From: Pirellulales bacterium
Lineage (GTDB): Bacteria; Planctomycetota; Planctomycetia; Pirellulales; UBA1268
NCBI GenBank assembly: GCA_040397545.1
Contig: JBBAVV010000022.1
Coordinates: forward strand, 4,174 to 68,173
DNA: 64,000 nt
Direction: 5' to 3'
How positions within the stretch are numbered: position 1 is the stretch's first letter; every line of letters begins with the position of its first letter. Shown in pieces: positions 47,137-54,780 of the stretch. Both the position numbers and the translations under genes were made by a program. The notes beneath the pieces were generated by a model, which saw only the letters and a program-made list of their open reading frames with translations, did no database searches and was not told the DNA's origin.

Positions 47137-47170
47137 GGGGAAAACCTGGGAAAACGAGGGGAAAACCGGG
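47137..47170 (-). promoter_or_regulatory. Three phased (10-11 bp) GTTTTCCC repeats immediately upstream of the top6B start codon
   Basis: The plus strand reads GGGGAAAACCT GGGAAAACGA GGGGAAAACCG. On the gene strand the array ends 8 nt before ATG 47129. Confidence 0.35.
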
Positions 47171-47412
47171 TTCTTGGCCCGGTCTCAAACCGGGAACAGC
47201 CGTGTCGATGTCTGGGAAGTTGGGCAGAGTATAGCGGCTTTGCGGGGGGCAGTTCTCCGGCCACGGCGACCCTCCGGGGACCGGGGACCTTGCCTGCTGG
47301 GAAGAGGCGTCACAGGCGTCGTGCCGCGACTGATGCGTCGATTCGTCACCAGCCGAAACCCCTTTGGGCCGGTGAAGACCGGCGCACCAATCGACGTTCC
47401 GGAGGTGATGCG

Positions 47413-47763
47413 ATGACTCTCTCTGCTTCATGGCGGCGCGTGCTGCCGGCCCTGCTCGTGGTGGCGGCCGGTGTCTGCGGATCGTCCGCGCTCCACGCGG
47501 CCCCCATCAACCACGGCATCGACGCCCCCACGCCGGACGTCTTCTCCAACTACTGGGTACCGCCGGTTCCGGCCGGTGCCTCGCCAGGTTTCGGCGCCCA
47601 ACTTTACGTCGCCCCGCGGCCGGTGCCGCCGCGAGTCGGCCATACCTGGTACACGTACCCGCCGTTCATGCCGCACGAGTTTCTCTACAAGCACCATCGC
47701 AAGTACGTCCGTCCCGCCGGCGCCACCGGCCTCCGCAACGAGGTCCGTGCCGTCTGGTGGTGA
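47413..47763 (+). CDS. Small secreted Pro-rich hypothetical protein
   Basis: GGAGG (47401) precedes ATG 47413. Signal 'WRRVLPALLVVAAGVCGSSALHA'. 116 aa, including 'VGHTWYTYPPFMPHEFLYKHHRKY'. Confidence 0.6.
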   Translation: MTLSASWRRVLPALLVVAAGVCGSSALHAAPINHGIDAPTPDVFSNYWVPPVPAGASPGFGAQLYVAPRPVPPRVGHTWYTYPPFMPHEFLYKHHRKYVRPAGATGLRNEVRAVWW

Positions 47764-47829
47764 GCCCTGGCGTTGCGGCTGGCCCCACCTTTCACCTCCC
47801 CTCTCGACTTCTCCCTGCAGGATCTGTCC

Positions 47830-48237
47830 ATGAAACCGTCTCTTGCCCCTCGGCCGGATGCCCTGGCCCGCACCGTGATCCTCGTCGGCCTCATCGCGAT
47901 CCTCCTCGCCGGACTCTCGTCGGTGGCCCGCGCCGGCGACAAGGCGACCGAGAAGCGCTACTTTCTCCGTGCCAAGGGGAAGAGCTGGCACAGCGTTTGG
48001 TATGACCCGTCGATCGGGCGTCCAATGGCGCTGGTCGTGCCGCCGACGGCGGAGTTCACCTCCGAGTACGCCTGGGGCGTGCCGAGCTCACGGGTGATGC
48101 CGCTCTATCACCAGTACCAGCGTCCCTACCCGGGGCCTGGGGCCGTTCCCGGACAGGGCGCCGGCATGCTCCCCACTCCTTACTGGCCCAGCGACACCGT
48201 CCAGTTCGGTGTTCACAGTGTCCGCGGTCCGTGGTGA
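47830..48237 (+). CDS. Small secreted/anchored hypothetical protein
   Basis: ATG 47830. Hydrophobic 'RTVILVGLIAILLAGLSSVARA'. 135 aa. No family recognised. Confidence 0.55.
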   Translation: MKPSLAPRPDALARTVILVGLIAILLAGLSSVARAGDKATEKRYFLRAKGKSWHSVWYDPSIGRPMALVVPPTAEFTSEYAWGVPSSRVMPLYHQYQRPYPGPGAVPGQGAGMLPTPYWPSDTVQFGVHSVRGPW

Positions 48238-48295
48238 TCGGGCGCGAATGGAGGCGGGCGCGGAGGACGATCCGCCGGTCGATCGAGCGGCTCTT

Positions 48296-49381
48296 TCAGC
48301 AGCGGTCGGCGAGGCGTTCGATGGCCGTCCGCGCCCAGGGGCTGTCGGGGGCGAGCGCCACGAACGTGCGGAGGTGTCTCGTGGCGTCGAGCACCCTCCC
48401 AACGCTGTCGAGGATGCCGGCGAGATGCCAGTGGGCGTCGGCGTAGTCGGGCTGCTGCCGCAGGACTCCGTCGAGGGCCGCCTCGGCGAGCTCGGGGTCG
48501 CCCAGTTCGGCCAGGACACATCCCAGCCCCGTGCGGGCCTCGAGGTGGTCGGGGTCGAGTTCGATGGCGGCGTAGTATCGTTCCCGTGAGGCGGTCAGGT
48601 CGCCGACGCGGTAGAGCAGCTCCGCAAGCATGAACGATACCCGGGCGCTCGGCCCACCGGCCTGGAGGAGCGCCCGGAGCGCCTCGGTGGCGGGCTCGAG
48701 GTCCCCGCTGGCCTCGAGATCGGCCGCCATCGCCAGCAACTCGGCCTCTTCCGGAGGCGCTTCCCCGTCGAGGGTGAAGGCGCCTGACGCGGCGCCATCG
48801 GCCGGCGCGGACCATGCCAGCCCGGCCACAGGGGGGGGGTCTTCATCCTTCAGAGCGGGTGTGTAAAAGCTGAGTTGCCGTTGCCCGCCGGGGCCGAGCA
48901 GGTCGCCGCCGCAACGGAGGCTCAAGCGCCGGCCGTCGACGACGATCCGTTCGAGATCGCGGGCCGCCCCGGCCGCCCCCTGGGGATGGAGGGCCGCCAG
49001 TCGGCTGTCGAGCTCACGGAGACCGAAGCCCGCCCGCAGCAATCTCGTCAGACGTCGGCCCACGACGAGCTCGCCGAAATCGAACCAGTCGATCCCGGCA
49101 TGGTGGTGGGTCGGCTGCAGCAGCCCCCCGCGGACCCAGTGACGGATCGCGGTCACTGGGACCTCGAGCACCCCCGCCATCATCGCCACGGTATGGTGAC
49201 CACGGACGCCAGCCAGCGCGGCGCTGTCGTCGTCGATGATCGCGTCGAATTGGCGCTGGGTTGGGATCACGGGCGAAAGTCTGTCGTTCCCTGCGGTCTG
49301 TGGGCGGCCCGATCCATGGCCTGCCCAGACCGGAACGACCGGGGGAGACAACGAGGGCTTCCCGCGGTCGGTGGCCGCCAC
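48296..49381 (-). CDS. MerR-family HTH regulator fused to C-terminal TPR repeats
   Basis: 'HTVAMMAGVLEVPVTAIRHWVRGGLLQP...FDFGELVVGRRLTRLLRAGFGLRELD' (MerR HTH). The C-terminus 'AELLYRVGDLTASRERYYAAIELDPDHLEARTGLGCVLAELGDPELAEAAL...QPDYADAHWHLAGIL' is TPR-like. The start is uncertain (ATG 49381 or GTG 49270). Confidence 0.7.
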   Translation of the reverse strand: MAATDRGKPSLSPPVVPVWAGHGSGRPQTAGNDRLSPVIPTQRQFDAIIDDDSAALAGVRGHHTVAMMAGVLEVPVTAIRHWVRGGLLQPTHHHAGIDWFDFGELVVGRRLTRLLRAGFGLRELDSRLAALHPQGAAGAARDLERIVVDGRRLSLRCGGDLLGPGGQRQLSFYTPALKDEDPPPVAGLAWSAPADGAASGAFTLDGEAPPEEAELLAMAADLEASGDLEPATEALRALLQAGGPSARVSFMLAELLYRVGDLTASRERYYAAIELDPDHLEARTGLGCVLAELGDPELAEAALDGVLRQQPDYADAHWHLAGILDSVGRVLDATRHLRTFVALAPDSPWARTAIERLADRC

Positions 49382-49414
49382 GTCCTGTGGCGAAAGTCGG
49401 TGTCCCTGCCCGCG

Positions 49415-50299
49415 CTACCGGCCAGCGAAGGGACGGCTGCTGATCCTGTCGGCGGTGGGGAAGTCGTCCGGTAGTTTCTGGGTCACCTTGCCGGTGGCCG
49501 CCCATTCCGCGCCGCGCTGGAAAACGGTGATGAACCCGACGCACTCCTGCGACTCGTCGGCATGGCCCATCGGCGTGTGGAAGACGCGCCCCTTGCCATG
49601 ATCGACGACGATCAGCATCGGCTCATGGCGGTTGGTGACATCCGAGCGAGCGGTGGCGAGGATCTGCATGTTCCGGGCCGGGCCGCGGAGCTTGTCGTAG
49701 AGCTCGTCCTTGACATGGAGCCAGACCGGCGGCATCCCCGCCGTGATCGGATGGCCTGGATCGCGTACAATGACCGGAAAGGCCCACTGGGCGCCATGGT
49801 TCCCCCCGGGGCCGGGGGACTCGTCACGCACGGTTCGCCCCGCGTCGTCGAGGTAGACGTAGGGGCCGCTGCGCTCGTTGCGGTTCCCCCAGCCACCGAG
49901 GCCGATCATCTCGTTGTAGGCCGGCCACGAGGGGAACGAGTTGTCGGCGGCGTGGACCGCCACGAAGCCCCCGCCGTCCGACACGTACGCCTCGAAGGCC
50001 TTCCTGGTCTCCTCCGGCCAATCGGCGGCACCGTGGCCGAAGTTGCTCACGACCACGGCGTACCGGCCGAAATCCGGCCGGAAGGAGGGGTCTGGCCCCT
50101 GCGGCGCGTGGGTGACGACATCGACGGTGAACAGGCCCGTCTCCTCGAGGGCCGCCTTCATCATCTTCGTCGTCGTCGGCCAGTTGCCGTGGTTGTTCTG
50201 GCCATCGACGATCAGGGCCCGCATCGGCTCGGCAGCGACAGCCCCCGGCGCGGCGAGCAGCCCCACCATGGCCCATGCCATCATCACCACTTGGCGCAT
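49415..50299 (-). CDS. ThuA-domain (trehalose-utilisation-like, class I glutamine-amidotransferase fold) secreted protein
   Basis: Signal 'MRQVVMMAWAMVGLLAAPGAVAA', then 'ALIVDGQNNHGNWPTTTKMMKAALEETG...FVAVHAADNSFPSWPAYNEMIGLGGWG...VFHTPMGH'. Confidence 0.85.
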   Translation of the reverse strand: MRQVVMMAWAMVGLLAAPGAVAAEPMRALIVDGQNNHGNWPTTTKMMKAALEETGLFTVDVVTHAPQGPDPSFRPDFGRYAVVVSNFGHGAADWPEETRKAFEAYVSDGGGFVAVHAADNSFPSWPAYNEMIGLGGWGNRNERSGPYVYLDDAGRTVRDESPGPGGNHGAQWAFPVIVRDPGHPITAGMPPVWLHVKDELYDKLRGPARNMQILATARSDVTNRHEPMLIVVDHGKGRVFHTPMGHADESQECVGFITVFQRGAEWAATGKVTQKLPDDFPTADRISSRPFAGR

Positions 50300-50344
50300 C
50301 ACTTGGATCCCTCCGGTTCCCGCTATGCTCCATCCCCCCCAAAC

Positions 50345-50378
50345 CATCGCCACCTGTCATCGCCACCTGTCATCGCCA
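50345..50378. repeat. 13-bp tandem repeat x2.6 (CATCGCCACCTGT) between icd stop and thuA-like start
   Basis: Read directly. Units at 50345, 50358 and 50371 (partial). Confidence 0.85.
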
Positions 50379-50386
50379 GACCGAAT

Positions 50387-51622
50387 TCAGGCCCGACCGG
50401 CTGTCACCGTGGCCCGCAGGTTTGCATCGATCGCCGCCAGGAAGGCCTGGGTGTCGAGATGCGCCTGGCTCGGACCGACGAGGATGGCGAGATCCTTTGT
50501 CATCTTCCCCGACTCGACCGTCTCGACGCAGACCCTCTCGAGCGTGTCGGCGAACTGGGTCACCGCCGGCGTGCCGTCGAGTTTGCCACGGTGGGCCAGC
50601 CCGCGGGTCCAGGCGAAGATCGAGGCGATCGGGTTGGTGGAGGTCGGCTTGCCCTGCTGGTGCTGGCGGTAGTGCCGGGTGACCGTGCCGTGGGCCGCCT
50701 CGGCCTCGACCGTCTTCCCATCCGGTGTCATCAGCACGCTTGTCATCAGCCCCAGCGAGCCGAAACCCTGGGCCACGATGTCGCTCTGGACATCGCCGTC
50801 GTAGTTCTTGCAGGCCCACACGTAGCCCCCCTCCCACTTGATGGCCGAGGCGACCATGTCGTCGATGAGGCGGTGCTCGTACGTCAGCCCCTTGGAGGCG
50901 AAGTCGGCCTTGAATTCGGCGTCGAACACCTCTTGGAAAATATCCTTGAAGCGGCCGTCGTAGGCCTTCAGGATCGTGTTTTTGGTCGAGAGATAGACCG
51001 GGTAGCTCCGCGCCAGACCATAGCGGAAACTGGCCCGGGCGAAATCGCGGATCGAGTCGTCGAGGTTGTACATCGCCATCGCGACGCCGGCCGACGGGAA
51101 CTCGTAGACCTGCATCTCCATCGGCTTCGAGCCATCGGCCGGCGCGAAGGTGAGCGTGAGCTTCCCGGCACCGGGGATCTTCACGTCGGTGGCCCGGTAC
51201 TGATCGCCGAAGGCATGGCGACCGACGACGATCGGCTTCGTCCAGCCGGGGACGAGTCGCGGGATGTTGCCGATGATGATCGGCTCCCGAAAGATCACAC
51301 CGCCGAGGATGTTGCGGATCGTGCCATTCGGGCTCTTCCACATCTTGGAGAGCGAGAATTCCTTCACCCGCGCCTCGTCGGGCGTGATCGTGGCGCACTT
51401 CACGCCGACGCCATGCTCGAGGATCGCGTGCGCGGCGTCGATCGTCACCTGATCACCCGTCGCCTCGCGGTGCTCGATCGAGAGGTCGTAGTATTTCAGC
51501 TCGAGATCGAGATACGGGAGGATGAGTTGGTCCTTGATGAACTGCCAGATGATGCGAGTCATCTCGTCACCATCGAGCTCGACGACCGGACCGACGACCT
51601 TGATCTTGCCGGGCTTGCTCAC
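50387..51622 (-). CDS. icd: NADP-dependent isocitrate dehydrogenase (IDH1-type homodimeric)
   Basis: '[48 protein letters not shown]...' and '[17 protein letters not shown]'. 411 aa. Confidence 0.95.
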   Translation of the reverse strand: MSKPGKIKVVGPVVELDGDEMTRIIWQFIKDQLILPYLDLELKYYDLSIEHREATGDQVTIDAAHAILEHGVGVKCATITPDEARVKEFSLSKMWKSPNGTIRNILGGVIFREPIIIGNIPRLVPGWTKPIVVGRHAFGDQYRATDVKIPGAGKLTLTFAPADGSKPMEMQVYEFPSAGVAMAMYNLDDSIRDFARASFRYGLARSYPVYLSTKNTILKAYDGRFKDIFQEVFDAEFKADFASKGLTYEHRLIDDMVASAIKWEGGYVWACKNYDGDVQSDIVAQGFGSLGLMTSVLMTPDGKTVEAEAAHGTVTRHYRQHQQGKPTSTNPIASIFAWTRGLAHRGKLDGTPAVTQFADTLERVCVETVESGKMTKDLAILVGPSQAHLDTQAFLAAIDANLRATVTAGRA

Positions 51623-51810
51623 GCGCTTCTCCAGGAAACCGGTGGGATGAGGAGTCTTGCCGCCCCTCCACGATCTCCTCCCCTCATCACCCCGCCGGTG
51701 CGACGGAGCGGGTCGAAGATCTCCAAACGTTGGGTGAAACTACCCCGTTGGCCCCGGCGTGACAACTCACGGAACGCTCATGTCGGCCAGCGCGACGCGC
51801 AATGACACCG

Positions 51811-51859
51811 ACAGAAAACGAAATCAGCCCCGGACGCGCACTTGCTGCTGCGTCCGGGG
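51811..51859 (-). terminator. Rho-independent terminator downstream of the YTV-repeat gene
   Basis: Perfect 10-bp GC-rich stem CCCCGGACGC/GCGTCCGGGG (51828-51837 / 51850-51859), extendable by GCA/TGC within the loop. On the minus strand it is followed by CUGAUUUCGUUUUCUGU. It lies 40 nt after the stop at 51899. Confidence 0.7.
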
Positions 51860-51898
51860 CCGACGGTCTCGAGCGCTGAAAGCCGACCTGCGCAGGAG

Positions 51899-54049
51899 TC
51901 AGGTCGAGCGGTCGCCGAAGGGGGCGACGAAGCGCGAGGGGCGACTGCTCGTTCCCGCCGCCGGGAGATCGCGGCTGTCGGTCGCGGGAGGGGCCGGGGA
52001 AACCGACGGACCTTTCGGCGCGGCGGGCTGATCCTTCGGCGCGCCGAATTCGAGCGTCGGAGCCTCGGCCTGGACGCCCTTGGCAGTCTCCGCCGGCGCG
52101 GTCGTGGCCGGAGCCTTCGCTGCCGGGAGAGGGATGACCTCGATCTTCTCCAGCGGCAAGGGGGACGAGTCACCGACGATCACGGGCTTCTCAGCGACGG
52201 TCGGGGTGCCGGACGAAGCGGGTGAGCCCACGGCGGGATCGGCATGCTTCAGCGGCGAGGGCCCCCATCCCTCGGCGGCCGGCTTGCCGGTTTCGGCCGG
52301 AGTGACATCGCGGTAGGTCTTGAGGGGGAACGCCTCGGCCGGAGTCAGGGCCGGGGCGGCGGTCGCCGCAGGGGCCGGGCCGGCCGGCTTCGCTGACGGC
52401 AGCGGGGCGATGGCCGTGGCCGGAACGACAGCGCTGGTGGTCGCCGCGCTCCGCGGGGCGGCAGCGGAGACGGTCGCCGCCGGGGCAGCCGGGATCGGAT
52501 TGCCGCACGGATCGAGCGGCACCCGGAGGACGACCGTGCGCGGCGCGCGGACGGTGTACGTGTAGGGGGTCCGCTTCTCGACCACCCGTGGCACCTGGGT
52601 CGTGCGTTCCTCGGTGACGAACTTGCAGACCTGCACGGTCACCGGCTCGACCTTCTCCTCGGTGACGAGCTTGTAGACCTGGACCGGCACCTTGCGGACC
52701 TGCTCCTCGGCCACGTACTTGCAGACCTGGACCGGCACCTTGTTCTCGACCCGCTCCACGACCTTCCGCACGGTCTGCACCGGCACCTGACGGACCTGCT
52801 CCTCGGCCACCATCTTCGTGACCTGGATGGGCACCTGCTGGACGACCTGCTCGTCGACATAGCGGACGGTCTGGACCGGGACCTGCTGGACGACCTGCTC
52901 GTCGACATACTTCATCGTCTGGACAGGAACCTGCTGGATGACCTGCTCGTCGACGTATTTCATCGTCTGGACGGGCACCTGCTGGACGACCTGCTCATCA
53001 ACGTAGCGCATCGTCTGCACCGGCACCTTCCGGGTGACGACGCGGTTGACGACGGTCGTCTCGGGGACCTGCATCGCCACGACGTTCGGCTGGTAGACAC
53101 GGTTGACCTGATTCATGACGACGCCCGGCGTCATCGTCCAGGCGTAGCCCCCAGGCTGCCAGTTCGCCAAACCGGTGTACGGGTTGACCGCCCATCCCCC
53201 CTGCACCCAGCCGAGTTGGGTGCTGCCGGGCGCGACCATGGGCGTCACCTGGTCGACATAGCCGCCGCGGTCGGCGTAGGCCGTTTTGTACGTGGTAACC
53301 GGCTCGGCGACGGTGTAGGCCTCCTCGCGCTCCGCGGTCTCGTAGACCGGCTTGCGGACGACGCTCACCTGCTGCTGCATGACCGTCTCGGCGACCGGCT
53401 TGCGGACAACGCTCACCTGCTGCTGCATGACCGTCTCGGTGACCGGCTTGCGGACGGTCGTCACCTGCTGCTGCATGGCGGTCTCGTAGACCGGCTTACG
53501 GACCATGCTCACCTGCTGCTGCATGACGGTCTCGGCGACCGGCTTCATGACGGTGAACCGCTCCTCGCGCGTCGAGGTCTCGACGACGTCGCGCACTTGG
53601 TCGTAGCTGCGGTCCTCGACAACGGTTTCCCAGACCGGCTTCATGACGGTGGAGCGCTCCTCGCGCGTCTGCGTCTCCCATACGGGACGCTGAACGGTGG
53701 AGCGGCGCTGAGTCGTCTGCGTCTCCCACACCGGCTTGGAGACGGTGTAGGTCTTCGTGTCGTAGACCGTCTCGTAGGTGACGCGGACCGCCTCCATCTG
53801 CCGTTCGTCGTACACCGTCTGGAAGTCGAGCCGGTAAGTCTGGGTCGGGGCCGGGGCGGCGGCCGTGACCGTCTCCCCGCAGCAACCGGCGTCGGCGACC
53901 GGTTGGAGCAGCGGAAGCGGCATGAGCTGCGAGAGGGCGACGAGCATGGCGCCGAGGGTGTCACGACGACGGTGCCGGCCAGACCGGACGGCCGGAACGG
54001 TCAACGTGGACTCCGCGACTCGGGACGGGTTGTGCATGGTGACGACCAT
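51899..54049 (-). CDS. Secreted YTV-type repeat protein with two 16-residue periodic arrays and Ala/Pro-rich C-terminus
   Basis: AGGAGGA RBS precedes ATG 54049. Signal-like 'RRRDTLGAMLVALSQLMPLPLLQPVADA'. Repeated 'KPVxET...' and 'VPVQT.KYVDEQVVQQ' units. 'YTV' motifs occur at 'KTYTVSKPV', 'EAYTVAEPV' and 'YTYTVRAP'. The 925-aa ORF in the track over-extends upstream across the DUF1854 gene. Confidence 0.85.
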   Translation of the reverse strand: MVVTMHNPSRVAESTLTVPAVRSGRHRRRDTLGAMLVALSQLMPLPLLQPVADAGCCGETVTAAAPAPTQTYRLDFQTVYDERQMEAVRVTYETVYDTKTYTVSKPVWETQTTQRRSTVQRPVWETQTREERSTVMKPVWETVVEDRSYDQVRDVVETSTREERFTVMKPVAETVMQQQVSMVRKPVYETAMQQQVTTVRKPVTETVMQQQVSVVRKPVAETVMQQQVSVVRKPVYETAEREEAYTVAEPVTTYKTAYADRGGYVDQVTPMVAPGSTQLGWVQGGWAVNPYTGLANWQPGGYAWTMTPGVVMNQVNRVYQPNVVAMQVPETTVVNRVVTRKVPVQTMRYVDEQVVQQVPVQTMKYVDEQVIQQVPVQTMKYVDEQVVQQVPVQTVRYVDEQVVQQVPIQVTKMVAEEQVRQVPVQTVRKVVERVENKVPVQVCKYVAEEQVRKVPVQVYKLVTEEKVEPVTVQVCKFVTEERTTQVPRVVEKRTPYTYTVRAPRTVVLRVPLDPCGNPIPAAPAATVSAAAPRSAATTSAVVPATAIAPLPSAKPAGPAPAATAAPALTPAEAFPLKTYRDVTPAETGKPAAEGWGPSPLKHADPAVGSPASSGTPTVAEKPVIVGDSSPLPLEKIEVIPLPAAKAPATTAPAETAKGVQAEAPTLEFGAPKDQPAAPKGPSVSPAPPATDSRDLPAAGTSSRPSRFVAPFGDRST
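52595..53026 (-). repeat. Coding tandem array, 9 x 48 bp (16 aa: VPVQT[M/V][K/R]YVDEQVVQQ and diverged copies)
   Basis: Unit boundaries were derived codon by codon. The first four units (about 52835-53026) are near-identical at nucleotide level. Confidence 0.9.
53312..53743 (-). repeat. Coding tandem array with 48-bp periodicity over 432 bp (16 aa: V[R/M]KPVxETxMQQQVxx and diverged copies)
   Basis: The four central units (about 53360-53551) are near-identical. The flanking units are diverged ('VSKPVWETQTTQRRST', 'VQRPVWETQTREERST'). Confidence 0.9.
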
Positions 54050-54118
54050 CGGTTCTCCTCCTGGGAAAGCACTCCCGAGACTAATTCCGTGAACGCGGCC
54101 TTCAAGCGGTTTGTTCAC

Positions 54119-54146
54119 TTTTTTTCCGAGGATTTCCCGGAAAAAA
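54119..54146. repeat. AT-rich perfect palindrome TTTTTTCCG-(9 nt)-CGGAAAAAA between the DUF1854 stop and the YTV gene start
   Basis: Read directly (54120-54128 pairs with 54138-54146). It stands out in GC-rich DNA. The T-run is 5' of the stem on both strands, so it is not a canonical terminator. Confidence 0.5.
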
Positions 54147-54263
54147 CACCCCTCGAGCCGGCGCCAACGGTGTAATCGTTCCAGCTTACGGCGGCCGGCA
54201 AGGGGCGGGGCCGGCGGCGCATGGGGAGAGGGGGGCTGGGGGGCGTGGGGGGTGAGGGGCTGG

Positions 54264-54755
54264 TCACTCCATCGTTCGGTCGAGGAGGCGCCGGCTGTGG
54301 GAGTCGAGGGCGGCGATGGCGGCGATCCGGTAACGGACCCCCGACCCGTCGACGACGAACGCGCTGCCGTCCGCGAGGCGTTCGACGTCGTCTGGGGTCG
54401 CCACCTGGAAGCGCCGCGGGCCACGATCGGTGAGCACCGTCCATTCCGCCGGGTCGCTGTCGCTGATCGCCTCGATCCGGTCGATGACCGGGAGGAATTC
54501 CCGGGAGGACAGTTGCCGCAACAGCTCTCCCCGGAGGGGCTCTGGCAGGTTGCCGATCGTGTCGATCCAGGCCAGCTCGCTGCCGTCCGGGGCGACGACC
54601 GCCACCGGCCCGAGCGGGGCGCTGATCGGGAAGGCACGCAGAAGGTCGATGTCGAGATGGAGGTTGCCAGCGGCATCGACGACGTCGAGCCGGCCGTGGG
54701 GACGGGGGATGAACTGCCAGGCGGCGGGTTCGGCAGGTCGGGAAGGCGGGGCCAT
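54264..54755 (-). CDS. DUF1854 family protein (cyanophycin-metabolism-associated)
   Basis: 163 aa from ATG 54755: 'LDVVDAAGNLHLDIDLLRAFPISAP...LAWIDTIGNLPEPLRGELLRQLSSREFLPVIDRIEAI...WTVLTDRGPRRFQV...VVDGSGVRYRI'. It lies directly downstream of the ABC gene. Confidence 0.8.
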   Translation of the reverse strand: MAPPSRPAEPAAWQFIPRPHGRLDVVDAAGNLHLDIDLLRAFPISAPLGPVAVVAPDGSELAWIDTIGNLPEPLRGELLRQLSSREFLPVIDRIEAISDSDPAEWTVLTDRGPRRFQVATPDDVERLADGSAFVVDGSGVRYRIAAIAALDSHSRRLLDRTME

Positions 54756-54780
54756 AGGTGTCCTCTGGAGGCGGGCCCGG

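Noticed and set aside
44475-47234. 919-aa plus-strand ORF covering the top6B locus.
   Set aside because: It is antisense to an ORF carrying complete Top6B motifs. Its own sequence is low-complexity (runs of R, G, L, D, E) with no motifs.
52595-53743. Regularly spaced 48-bp repeats; considered as a CRISPR-like array.
   Set aside because: The units are contiguous with no spacers, in frame, and translate into a coherent 16-residue protein repeat within a gene that has an RBS, a signal peptide and a terminator.
54050-54676. N-terminal 209 codons of the 925-aa ORF 51899..54676 in the track.
   Set aside because: This extension is Ser/Arg/Pro-rich and overlaps the DUF1854 gene in another frame. 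A strong AGGAGGA RBS plus ATG 54049 followed by a signal peptide marks the real start.
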